From: Acidobacteriota bacterium
GTDB taxonomy: Bacteria > Acidobacteriota > UBA6911 > JACQSX01
Assembly (NCBI GenBank): GCA_036507075.1
Contig: DASXQR010000179.1
Span: forward strand, 1 to 57,018
Direction of reading: 5' to 3'
Length of the DNA: 57,018 nucleotides
Program-made: the position numbers and the translations under genes
Shown: piece after piece, positions 19,550 through 28,978 of the stretch
Layout of the letters: every line of letters begins with the position of its first letter
Numbering within the stretch: the first letter of the stretch is position 1
The notes under the pieces: model-generated
Database searches by the model: none
What the model was told of the DNA's origin: nothing
What the model saw: the letters and a program-made list of their open reading frames with translations, nothing else

Positions 19550-20587
19550 ATGACAACCTGGAAGGACGAGCGCGAATTCATCCGGTTTCTGCAGCGGCTG
19601 CGTTTTACCGATATCTCCGGCGTGACAGGAATTGGTGACGACACGGCGGTTTTGCCTGGAACGAACCGGAATCTGCTGTTCACCACCGACATGATGATTG
19701 AAGAGATCCACTTCAGCAGAAAGACATGCGCCCCGGAATGGCTGGGGCACAAGCTGCTGGCCCGCAGCGTCAGCGACATTGCAGCCATGGGGGGAGCTCC
19801 GCAGAGCTTTGTTGTTTCGCTGGGCGTGCCGCCCGGACTGCCTGGCGACTTTGTGCCACGCTTCTATCGCGGGCTTAAGCGGGCGCAAAAGAAATTCGGG
19901 GCGCAGCTTGTGGGTGGAGATCTGAGCCGATCCCCAGACGTTTTGTTCAGCAGCCTTGCGTTGCTCGGTTGCAGCGCTCAATATCCTGTGCTTCGAAAGG
20001 GCGCCCGTCTGAACGATTCGATTTGGCTCACCGGCCCGCTCGGAATGTCGTCGGCTGCGCTGCAGGCACTGCGCTCGCGCCGCGCAACAGTGAACGTGAA
20101 GAAGGCGGCCTTCGCGTTTTCTTCTCGCCGGGCGGACGCCAGGCGCTCGCTTCGCCGGTTAATGGAGGCTCACTTTCTGCCTTCTCCCCCCTGGAAAACG
20201 GCTCAATGGCTGTCGGCGACGAGAGTGGCCACTGCGATGATTGATATCAGCGACGGACTGTCGCTGGATCTCCATCGGCTCTGCGAGGCAAGTAGAGTGG
20301 GAGCGGTGATTCGCGCCGAGGCAATTCCGGTCGCGCCTGAAGTGGTGGAGTGGTCCGAAGACCCATTGAGATGCGCTCTTTACGGAGGCGAAGATTACGA
20401 GCTGTTGTTTACCGCGCCGGAAACAGCCGACGCCCGTCTTGGCGCGCGCAGCCCGATAAAACTTTACCGGATTGGCCGTATTGTTTCGTCCCGGAGCGGA
20501 GCGCTGTTGGAAACCAGCGGAAAGCTCAAGCCGTTGCCACCGGGAGGGTTTGATCATTTCAGGAACATGGCGCGGCGGGAAAGATGA
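19550..20587 (+). CDS. thiL: Thiamine-monophosphate kinase
   Basis: GIGDDTA, SVSDIAAMGG, LVGGD, IDISDGL, GGEDYELLFT, GFDHF; ATG at 19550. Confidence 0.95.
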   Translation: MTTWKDEREFIRFLQRLRFTDISGVTGIGDDTAVLPGTNRNLLFTTDMMIEEIHFSRKTCAPEWLGHKLLARSVSDIAAMGGAPQSFVVSLGVPPGLPGDFVPRFYRGLKRAQKKFGAQLVGGDLSRSPDVLFSSLALLGCSAQYPVLRKGARLNDSIWLTGPLGMSSAALQALRSRRATVNVKKAAFAFSSRRADARRSLRRLMEAHFLPSPPWKTAQWLSATRVATAMIDISDGLSLDLHRLCEASRVGAVIRAEAIPVAPEVVEWSEDPLRCALYGGEDYELLFTAPETADARLGARSPIKLYRIGRIVSSRSGALLETSGKLKPLPPGGFDHFRNMARRER

Positions 20588-20594
20588 CCTTTCG

Positions 20595-21104
20595 ATGAAT
20601 GCGTTCTTCTCGCGCCTGCTTCGGCGGATCGTCTCCAGTGATGAAAGCCCGGAGCGGCTTTCGCTTTCCTTCAGTATCGGCACATTCCTGAGCTTTGCGC
20701 CTCCAATCGGGCTGCATACGCTCATCGGGCTGGCGATCGCCTATTTCTTCCGTCTCAACAAGGCTGCCATGCTGGTGGGAATCTATGTGAATAACCCTTG
20801 GACTATTGTTCCCTATTACGCGTTTGCCACCTGGGTGGGAATCAAATTGACCGGATTGCCCAGCATCGTGGCATTTCCCGACATGGGCATACGGCAATTG
20901 CTCAACCGCGAGTTTTGGATTTATCTTGCGGCTCAATGGCGCGTACTGATCCCCATAACCGTAGGTTCGACAGTTCTAGCCGTTTTGATCGGCCTAGCGA
21001 CCTACCCGATCATGCTGATGCTGATCCGGCGCTATCGCAGGAGGCTGGGCCTTACGGGGAAGGAGGGACCGAGGGATGGAGGGATGGAGGGATGGAGGGA
21101 CTGA
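20595..21104 (+). CDS. DUF2062 family membrane protein
   Basis: 'ESPERLSLSFSIG', 'P.IGLHT', 'RLNK', 'NNPWT'; last codons derive from the downstream repeat. Confidence 0.85.
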   Translation: MNAFFSRLLRRIVSSDESPERLSLSFSIGTFLSFAPPIGLHTLIGLAIAYFFRLNKAAMLVGIYVNNPWTIVPYYAFATWVGIKLTGLPSIVAFPDMGIRQLLNREFWIYLAAQWRVLIPITVGSTVLAVLIGLATYPIMLMLIRRYRRRLGLTGKEGPRDGGMEGWRD

Positions 21105-21209
21105 GGGATGGAGGGATGGAGGGATCTCAGTCTCTCAGTCCCTCCGTCTCTCAGTCTCTCAGTCCCTCCGTCTCTCAGTCCCCTTCACAACCTTCCCCTT
21201 CATAACCCC
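21052..21209. repeat. Spacerless inverted 8-mer arrays (GATGGAGG)n/(TCTCAGTC,CCTCCGTC)n with outer CCCTTCATAACC-type layer
   Basis: Left arm 21063-21125, right arm 21125-21182, then CCCTTCACAACC..CCCTTCATAACC. Confidence 0.85.
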
Positions 21210-21231
21210 GGGCTGGTAAAGTAGGACGATC

Positions 21232-22731
21232 ATGAAATTTGCGAAAATAGCGTCATTGATTCTCCCTCTTTCGGCTCTTTTCGCGCTGCCGCTGGCGGGT
21301 CAGGACCTGCAGGGAATCGTCAATATCACCTTCTTGACCGATGCGCGGCTGTTCACCGTGATGTCGGCAATAAACGCAGGCGGATTCGATTACGAGCCGG
21401 CCGGTTCCATGCATCCGGTGCGGCGCCAGGTGCGCGAACGGCTGAAAAGTCTCGATCCGGCGCTTTTGCGCCACGTGCATGATTTCTACATCGCGCATCA
21501 TGCCGCCGCCGAAACTCCGCAGCGCGAGATTGCGCACTACACCTCGCTTGCGCTGTTGCTGACCGAGCCTCCGGCGCTGGAGATCTCGGTTCCACCGAAG
21601 GACCTGCCCACCGACGTGGCAGCCATCGTCGGATTTCAGCAGGTGCTGCCGGTATTTTACCGGCAGGCCGGCCTGGACCAGTTGTGGCTGCAGGCGCGTC
21701 CCTACTACCTGGAGGAAATCGAAAGGTACAAGCCCGTCGCCCGCCAATCGATTCTTCAGGCTTTGCAGTACCTTCGCACCGAGGCGCGAATCGTGCTGGA
21801 CCGCCAGATCCTCTTCATGCCCGACCTGATGAGCGCCCATGGGATCACCAATTCCCGGATCGTAGGGAATTTGTATTACCTGATTGTGGGCCCGTCGGAG
21901 GCTGCCGAGAAGAACGCTCGAAATATCCGCCACGAATACCTCCATTTCCTGCTGGATCCGATTATTGAAAAGAACGGAGCGGCCATCATCCAGCAGCAGG
22001 AAGTGCTGCAGCTCCTCGCAGATCGTCCCGACTTGTTCGAGAAATTTCGAAAGGACTTAAAGCAGCTCAACACGGAATCTCTGATTGAAGCAATCCAACT
22101 TCGCATCGATCCGTCGCCGGATGTCCAGCAGAGGCTCAACGAACAGTACGCGGCCGGAAATGTGCTCGTATACCACTATTTTGAGCGCCTGCAGGATTTC
22201 GAAAAGGCCGCGGTTTCGTTTCCGGAGTTTCTTCCTTCAATTATCCAGGCCTTCAATCTAAGAAAGGAGTTGCAGCGCAAAGACTGGTTCGTTTCCGAAA
22301 TGGAGAAGCAAAAGCAGCAGCGCCAGCAACAGCTTCTGGCGGCAAACGAACGGCGGGAATGGAACGCTGCTCTGGAACAAGTGAATGCGCTTTTGCGCCA
22401 AAAAAACTACTCGGAAGCCGAAAAACTGTTGAAAGATCTCAAGGCCAGGCGTCCCGGCGATCCTTCCGTTCTTTTTGGACTGGGACAGATTGAGCTGCAG
22501 AAAAGGAATACGACTGCAGCCGAGGCATACTACCAGGCAGTGTTAAGCCAGCCGCAGGCGCCTGCCTGGATGGCGGCCTGGAGCCGGATTCATCTGGCCA
22601 CTGTCTACCTGGTGGCAGAACGCCTGGAAGACGCCAGAGCCCAGCTACGGCAGGTATTGCAGCTTTCCGGGGACTTGAGGGGCGCGCAGGAGGAAGCGAA
22701 AAAGCGCCTTGCCAGCCTGCCGCCCTCCTGA
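21232..22731 (+). CDS. Secreted protein with HExxH motif and C-terminal TPR repeats
   Basis: Signal peptide; 'IRHEYLHF'; C-terminal TPR-like helices. Confidence 0.75.
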   Translation: MKFAKIASLILPLSALFALPLAGQDLQGIVNITFLTDARLFTVMSAINAGGFDYEPAGSMHPVRRQVRERLKSLDPALLRHVHDFYIAHHAAAETPQREIAHYTSLALLLTEPPALEISVPPKDLPTDVAAIVGFQQVLPVFYRQAGLDQLWLQARPYYLEEIERYKPVARQSILQALQYLRTEARIVLDRQILFMPDLMSAHGITNSRIVGNLYYLIVGPSEAAEKNARNIRHEYLHFLLDPIIEKNGAAIIQQQEVLQLLADRPDLFEKFRKDLKQLNTESLIEAIQLRIDPSPDVQQRLNEQYAAGNVLVYHYFERLQDFEKAAVSFPEFLPSIIQAFNLRKELQRKDWFVSEMEKQKQQRQQQLLAANERREWNAALEQVNALLRQKNYSEAEKLLKDLKARRPGDPSVLFGLGQIELQKRNTTAAEAYYQAVLSQPQAPAWMAAWSRIHLATVYLVAERLEDARAQLRQVLQLSGDLRGAQEEAKKRLASLPPS

Positions 22732-22962
22732 TTTTGCCTTTTCGCGCACCGAAATTTCAGTCTCCATGCAACTCTTTGCCGACAGCCGACTCTACAGATT
22801 TAAGGGAAGGATTTTGTTTTCGTAAGAATTGACAATGGGCTAGAATGAATGTTTTCCTGACCAGGGGATACCTGAGAAGTTAAGACATGTCAGGGGAGCG
22901 GACCCTGCCTGAAAAGAACAAGCTGCAAAACAAAATCTGTCGAACCGAACGGAGGAAGTTCA

Positions 22963-23982
22963 ATGAAAAGTCTCTTTACCTCGGCGTTGGCGTTGGCCTT
23001 GACGCTCACTCCGGGCTACGCGATGCAGGCTGCCCAATCCAGCCAGTCGCAGGGCCAGACCACACAACCGGCTCAAAAACCGCCACGCGTGCTCGGCCAG
23101 CCGCAGACGCGCGAGGAATATGACGCCTACGACGCCATTACCAAGGCCGCCGATCTGCAGCAGCGAGCGAAGCTATCGGAGGACTTTCTCCAGAAGTTTC
23201 CCGACTCCGGCCTGGCGCCGTTTGTTCATCAGATCGCTGCCACCACTTACCAGCAACTTAATAATTTTGAAAAGCTGGCCGAACATGGAGAAGCAGCGCT
23301 TAAAGAGATTCCATCTCCGGGCGATGCCGTGCTTCTGACCATCCTTTCCAGCGCATACGCGGACCGGGGAAAACCGGATCTGGCGCTGGAGCGCGCAGAA
23401 AAGGCGGCCAAGGGCATCGAGAGTCTGCAGACACCGCCCAACATTGACCCTGCCGAGTTCGCGAAAGGGAAGAATCAATTGCTCGCTACAATCTATTCGG
23501 CAAAAGGCGTGGCTTACCTGGTAAAGGCCCAGGAAGCCCGTGCCAAGAAAACCGCCTCTCCTCCGCCCGCCGATCCGGCTCAGAAAGACCCGCCCGATCC
23601 GAATCTGGACCTGGCGATCACCAATCTGAACAAAGCGCTTGAGCTCAACCCCAAGGATGATTTCGTCTATTACCGGCTGGGGATCGTGTACACGTTGAAG
23701 AACGACGCCGAGAATGCCACCAGCGCATACGCCAGATCGGTTGCCATCGGCGGAAACGAAGTGGTTGGGAAAATGGCTCGCGAAAACCTCAAGGCGGTCA
23801 CTCGCGCTGTCTTGAAGTCCAAGGAAGGAGCCGATCCTTCCGATCAGAAGATTACCGATGCCATGGAGCAGGCGATCTTTAAGGCGAAAGGGACGCTCAA
23901 TCAGCCGGTTCCTCCTCCTCCTGCTGCGCCGCCTGCCGCGCCGCCTGCCGTGCCGGACCAAAGCAAGCCGCCCGGATTCTAA
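22963..23982 (+). CDS. Secreted TPR-repeat protein
   Basis: RBS GGAGG, signal peptide, TPR 'ALELNPKDDFVYYRLGIVY', Pro/Ala-rich tail. Confidence 0.8.
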   Translation: MKSLFTSALALALTLTPGYAMQAAQSSQSQGQTTQPAQKPPRVLGQPQTREEYDAYDAITKAADLQQRAKLSEDFLQKFPDSGLAPFVHQIAATTYQQLNNFEKLAEHGEAALKEIPSPGDAVLLTILSSAYADRGKPDLALERAEKAAKGIESLQTPPNIDPAEFAKGKNQLLATIYSAKGVAYLVKAQEARAKKTASPPPADPAQKDPPDPNLDLAITNLNKALELNPKDDFVYYRLGIVYTLKNDAENATSAYARSVAIGGNEVVGKMARENLKAVTRAVLKSKEGADPSDQKITDAMEQAIFKAKGTLNQPVPPPPAAPPAAPPAVPDQSKPPGF

Positions 23983-24094
23983 GCAGATTCCGAGTCATGC
24001 AGGAGACATCCTCCTGCATGACCAGGCTGCCGCCGTGGCCGCCGCCGAACATAAAGAGCGGCTCGGGCAACCCGCCCAATCGACCTGTATTCGT

Positions 24095-24808
24095 ATGGAT
24101 TTCTCTGCGTTGGAAGATGCAATCCAGTACAAATTCCAGAATGTCGCGTTCCTCGAAAGAGCGCTGACTCACAAATCCTACTGCTACGACTGCCCTGACG
24201 GCCCGCCATTGCACTACGAGGCGCTCGAGTTTTTGGGGGACGCAATTCTCGGATTCGTCATCAGCGATCTGTTGTTTCAGCAAATCCCATCGTCTACCGA
24301 AGGGCAGCTATCCAAGGTCAAAGCCCACCTGGTGAGCGCTGGAAATCTTCTGCAGTTCGCGCAGAAGCTGCAACTGGGGCAGTACCTGCGGCTCAGTCAT
24401 GGCGAAGAAAAGACGGGAGGCCGCGGCAAGAAGGCTCTGCAGGTGGACGCTTTCGAGGCGTTGATTGCCGCGATTTATCTGGACGGCGGAATTCAGGAGG
24501 CGCGCCGGTTCATCGCCTCCCAGTTCGGCGACGCGCTTCATGAGCTTGCGATGGAGAGTTTCACCTCTCCCGATTACAAGTCGCGACTGCAGGAAAGGCT
24601 TCACCAGCTCGGTCATGGTGAGCCGATGTACACGGTTCTGGAAGAGTCGGGGCCGGATCACAGCAAGCGCTTCACCGTGCAGGTAGTGAGCGGACGGAGC
24701 GTGCTGGCCTGCGGAGAGGGAAGCACAAAAAAACAGGCGCAGCAAGAGGCTGCCGAAGCGGCTCTGCTGAAGCTGATGGAAAGCTCCGCGTCAGGAACGT
24801 CCCAGTAG
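24095..24808 (+). CDS. rnc: Ribonuclease III
   Basis: ALTHKS, EALEFLGDAIL, DAFEALIAAIYLDGG, dsRBD DYKSRLQE..GPDH; ATG at 24095. Confidence 0.96.
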   Translation: MDFSALEDAIQYKFQNVAFLERALTHKSYCYDCPDGPPLHYEALEFLGDAILGFVISDLLFQQIPSSTEGQLSKVKAHLVSAGNLLQFAQKLQLGQYLRLSHGEEKTGGRGKKALQVDAFEALIAAIYLDGGIQEARRFIASQFGDALHELAMESFTSPDYKSRLQERLHQLGHGEPMYTVLEESGPDHSKRFTVQVVSGRSVLACGEGSTKKQAQQEAAEAALLKLMESSASGTSQ

Positions 24809-25546
24809 CCCCCGCCAGTAAACGATAATCACTGTGGCGTCGTACACTGCGTGCAGCACGATGGGCGTGATCAGGTTTTGCCGCCAAATGTAAATCAGGC
24901 CGAAGATCAGTCCCAGTACCCCGGCGCCTACTGCATTGTCGAATCCCTGCATGGGGGCGTGGCCGATTCCAAAGTACACGCTCCACACTGCCAGCCCCAG
25001 GAAAATGCCCCCCAGATATTTTTCAAAACGACGCAGCACAAAGGCCCGTTGCACCTCTTCCTTTATCCCTCCCGCCACGATGCTTACGAGCAGAAAAAAA
25101 GCGACATCCGCCGGGGTCTGAATCAAAGCCAACAGCCGGTTTTCCTTGGTGACCATTTGGGGCAAAAACTGCCTGAAGAACACGGCCACCATGATCGTCG
25201 CCAGGAAGAGCGCCGGCACCAGCAGCAAGGCAACCGCAACTTCGTGCCTCCAGCTTCGCGGGGTTCCGAAAAGGACCCGCCATGATTCATTGCGCGCCTT
25301 CAACAACAGAGCGATCATTCCAAGCACCAGAAAACTGTTGCAAAGAACAAAAACGACCAGCCATCTTGACGAATGCATCAGATCCTGCGATTTGAACCCC
25401 AGCGCCAGCAGGCCTATCTGCAGCAACAGCGTTCCCGGCAGGTCTGTTGCCAGGGCAATTTCGGCGGCGGCCCGAAGCCTGTCTGCCATCGTGGCTACAG
25501 CAGCCGGGGGGGCCGGGGCATACAAATCCTCCTTCTGCGGATGCAT
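24791..25546 (-). CDS. CPBP (Abi/CAAX) intramembrane metalloprotease
   Basis: EEVQR, FGIGH, HAVYD motifs; multiple TMs; start uncertain. Confidence 0.88.
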   Translation of the reverse strand: MHPQKEDLYAPAPPAAVATMADRLRAAAEIALATDLPGTLLLQIGLLALGFKSQDLMHSSRWLVVFVLCNSFLVLGMIALLLKARNESWRVLFGTPRSWRHEVAVALLLVPALFLATIMVAVFFRQFLPQMVTKENRLLALIQTPADVAFFLLVSIVAGGIKEEVQRAFVLRRFEKYLGGIFLGLAVWSVYFGIGHAPMQGFDNAVGAGVLGLIFGLIYIWRQNLITPIVLHAVYDATVIIVYWRGLLGRS

Positions 25547-25794
25547 GCCGCAACAATACAAATTGCACGTGCGCCAAGGCGAGAGAATTCTGATTTGACA
25601 ATCCTTGATAATTGTTCTTTTCAGGGCAACGTGCGATCTACAATGGATATCTATCAGCACAGTTCGCGTAAATCAGCGGCTGGCGGCTGGTTCTTTGATT
25701 TGTGGGGAGCAGGCCGCAGGCTCTTGCAATGGCGGCCCGTTCAGAATAAAAAGAGGAAATCCTGCTAATATAAATTGTTGATAAGGGAGGAACG

Positions 25795-26207
<413 letters not shown>

Positions 26208-26208
<1 letters not shown>

Positions 26209-27611
26209 TGGCTGAAAAAATGGAGAAGGACCGCATTCTAATCGCAGACGATGACAGCTCCTCGCGCGAAAGCCTGCGCGAACTGGTGAACTCCTGGGGC
26301 TACGAGGCGCGGGCGGTGGCCAATGGAGCCGAAGCGCTCAAAATCGTCAACGACTACCAGCCGTCACTGCTCATCACCGACCTGGTAATGCCGCAACTGG
26401 ACGGCATCGGCCTCCTCAGAGCCGTCAAGGATCGGCTTCAAACCATGCCGGTCGTGCTGTTGACGGCTCATGGAACGATTCCCACGGCCATCGACGCCAT
26501 GAAAGAAGGGGCGGTTGACTACATCACCAAGCCTCTCGATTTCCAGAAACTGAAGGAGCTGATCGAGCACTGTCTCAGCGAAACCAAGCCGTTTCGCGAA
26601 GCCAGGGCGCTGGTAGGCGACAAAGCGGATAAGCGCTTTGAGAAGCTGATTGGCAGTTCCCGGCACATGCAGGACATTTACTACCAGATAAAACAGGTGG
26701 CCACCAACCCGGTATCAGTGATGATCTCCGGCGAAAGCGGAACAGGAAAGGAGCTGGTGGCGAGAACGATTCATAATCTGAGTGACAGGCGCGACCAGCC
26801 TTTTATTGCCATCAACGCCTCCGCCATTCCCGACACGCTGGTGGAGAGTGAAATCTTCGGCCACGAACGCGGCGCTTTTACCGATGCGAAGAGCCAGAGG
26901 CAAGGTTGCTTTGAGCTTGCCAACGGGGGCACTCTGCTGCTGGACGAAATCGCCGAGATGCCGATGCACCTGCAGCCCAAGCTGCTGAGACTTTTGGAAG
27001 AACGAAAGCTTCGCAGGCTGGGCGGCTCTGCTGAGATAGAAGTTGATGTGCGCGTGATCGCGGCAACCAACATAGATCCCAAGGAAGCGGTGCAGAAGCA
27101 AAAGCTGCGCGAGGACCTTTATTATCGACTCAACGTTTTCTCGATTGAAATTCCTCCACTCCGCGACAGGCGCGAAGACATTCCTCTGCTGGTGGATGAC
27201 TTCACTCGTTCTTTGGCTTCCTATTACGGAAAGAAAGTGAAAGCGGTCGATCGCGCCGCGCTCAAGCTGCTGGCCTGCTATGACTGGCCGGGAAATGTTC
27301 GCGAGCTGCGCAATGTGATTGAGCGCGCCATCATTCTCTGCAACGGCGATTCCATCAGCGTCAGTCACCTGCCTTCTCACCTGCAGAATGTCGATATGGG
27401 CCCGCCCCGTGGAATTTCTCTTCCGGTGGGAATCACTATTGCGCAGGCCGAAAAGTGGCTGATCCAAAAGACCCTGCAGGAAACGGGTTACAGCAAGACG
27501 CGCGCCGCTCAAATTCTGGGAATCAGCGAAAGAACGCTCTACAACAAGTTGAAGAGCTACAAGCTGGAAGAGAACGCGAAACAAACTCCGGATTCGGAGA
27601 CGGGCACTTGA
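26208..27611 (+). CDS. NtrC/AtoC-type sigma54-dependent response regulator
   Basis: Receiver (ADDD, TDLVMP, KP), GESGTGKE, GAFTDA loop, WPGNVREL, Fis-type HTH. Confidence 0.95.
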
Positions 27612-27613
27612 AA

Positions 27614-27852
27614 GAATGTTGAGTGGGGAATGGGGAATCGGAATGGGAATGAAGAATGCGGAATGGGGAATGCGGAATGGGGAATGCGGAATGCAGATTG
27701 CCAGCCCGCAGGCCGCGGTCCCTCAAATGCAGATTTCGGTATGCGCAATGCCGAATAGGGAGGGGCGATTGGCCTGCTTTGAAGAATCAAGTTTGACTGT
27801 ATTCCGCATTCCGCATTCCGCAATCCCCATTCCCCATTCCGCATTCCGCATT
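27614..27852. repeat. Inverted pair of 7-mer arrays (GAATGCG/GAATGGG)n ... (CATTCCG/CATTCCC)n
   Basis: Left arm 27614-27694, right arm 27800-27852. Confidence 0.9.
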
Positions 27853-27882
27853 CGGATTTAATGATTCAACGCTAGCGGGCAC

Positions 27883-28551
27883 ATGCCTAAAATTTCCAAA
27901 GAAAAACAACTGGAAATCCATCTGGATATGCTGCGCAGAGTGGCCGGCGGCATCGCGCATCAGAGCAAAAGCCCGCTCAATTCAATCGCCATCAACGCAT
28001 TTATCCTGCGCGAAAAAGTCGGCCGGACCCGCGATCAGGACAAAGACGGGGAAAGACTTCTTACCTGCCTGGCTTCCATTGAGACGGACGTGCGGCGGCT
28101 GGACTCAATGCTCGACGTGTTTTTCCATTTCGTGCGCGACAACGGAAAACCGGAGTCTTACAGTCTTTCAGCGGTGGTTCAGGAATGTTTTGATTTGCTT
28201 TATCATCTGGCCACAAAATACAACTGCCCGCTAAGCCTGTCGTCGGAACGCGAATTCCATTCTTATGGAAGCCGGTCAAAGGTCAGGCGGATTATTGTGA
28301 GCACGCTTCTGGCGCTGCTTCCGACAAACGATGAACTGGTGGTGGAATTGGGCGGCAAAGCAAAATCTTCCATCTCTGTTAAGGCGCACACCGCCGACCC
28401 GGCAAATCCAATGGCGGATCCATTTCTGCAGTTCGCCTCCGAACTCACGTCTGAAATTCATGGAGAGTTCCGCGCCGAGGCGACAGGCAACGGGACCTGT
28501 CAATTCAAGATTCTTTTGCCCGCGTCGCCGGAAAAAACTTCCACCGTGTGA
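27883..28551 (+). CDS. Sensorless HisKA/DHp protein with degenerate ATPase domain
   Basis: H-box-like 'AGGIAHQSKSPLNSI', 'IETDVRRLD', C-terminal 'GTCQFKILLP'; no recognisable N, G1 or F boxes. Confidence 0.7.
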   Translation: MPKISKEKQLEIHLDMLRRVAGGIAHQSKSPLNSIAINAFILREKVGRTRDQDKDGERLLTCLASIETDVRRLDSMLDVFFHFVRDNGKPESYSLSAVVQECFDLLYHLATKYNCPLSLSSEREFHSYGSRSKVRRIIVSTLLALLPTNDELVVELGGKAKSSISVKAHTADPANPMADPFLQFASELTSEIHGEFRAEATGNGTCQFKILLPASPEKTSTV

Positions 28552-28978
28552 AGCTCTTTTTGCAGAATTTACGCCTTGGCTGCAACCTGGACTGTAAGTG
28601 TTACAGGGTCTTCCCGTGGCGGGGGGCCCAGGCAGGCGAACCCATTTTTTGCGAGCAATGGCAGGTGTTTGGCGAAGGGTGGCCGGCCCTTGCGTTGGCG
28701 CAATCGCCAATACTCGGAACGCAAATTGCTTTGGAGATTTTCGCTTTCGGGGAGTTTTGTGATCACAGGGGAGTGGTGTTGTCGGGCAGGGGGTGCGCGG
28801 TTCACAAATTCTTTCCACCTTCACGCACCTTTATAGTCCAACCCTCAAGTATTGTTAAGTTTATTAGGTCGAGTTGTTTACAAGGTTTACAAGGTATTGC
28901 GCTTATGCTTAAATCACTTTTGCTTTGCTCGGTCACACAAATGATCTTACTTGTACTCTCCAAGCGAGGAGGCCAGAT

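Noticed and set aside
23858..24094. Long N-terminal extension of RNase III
   Set aside because: It overlaps the upstream TPR gene; the RNase III domain starts near the ATG at 24095
28825..28978. Sigma54 -24/-12 promoter for the outer-membrane gene
   Set aside because: No convincing TGGCAC-N5-TTGC match found by eye
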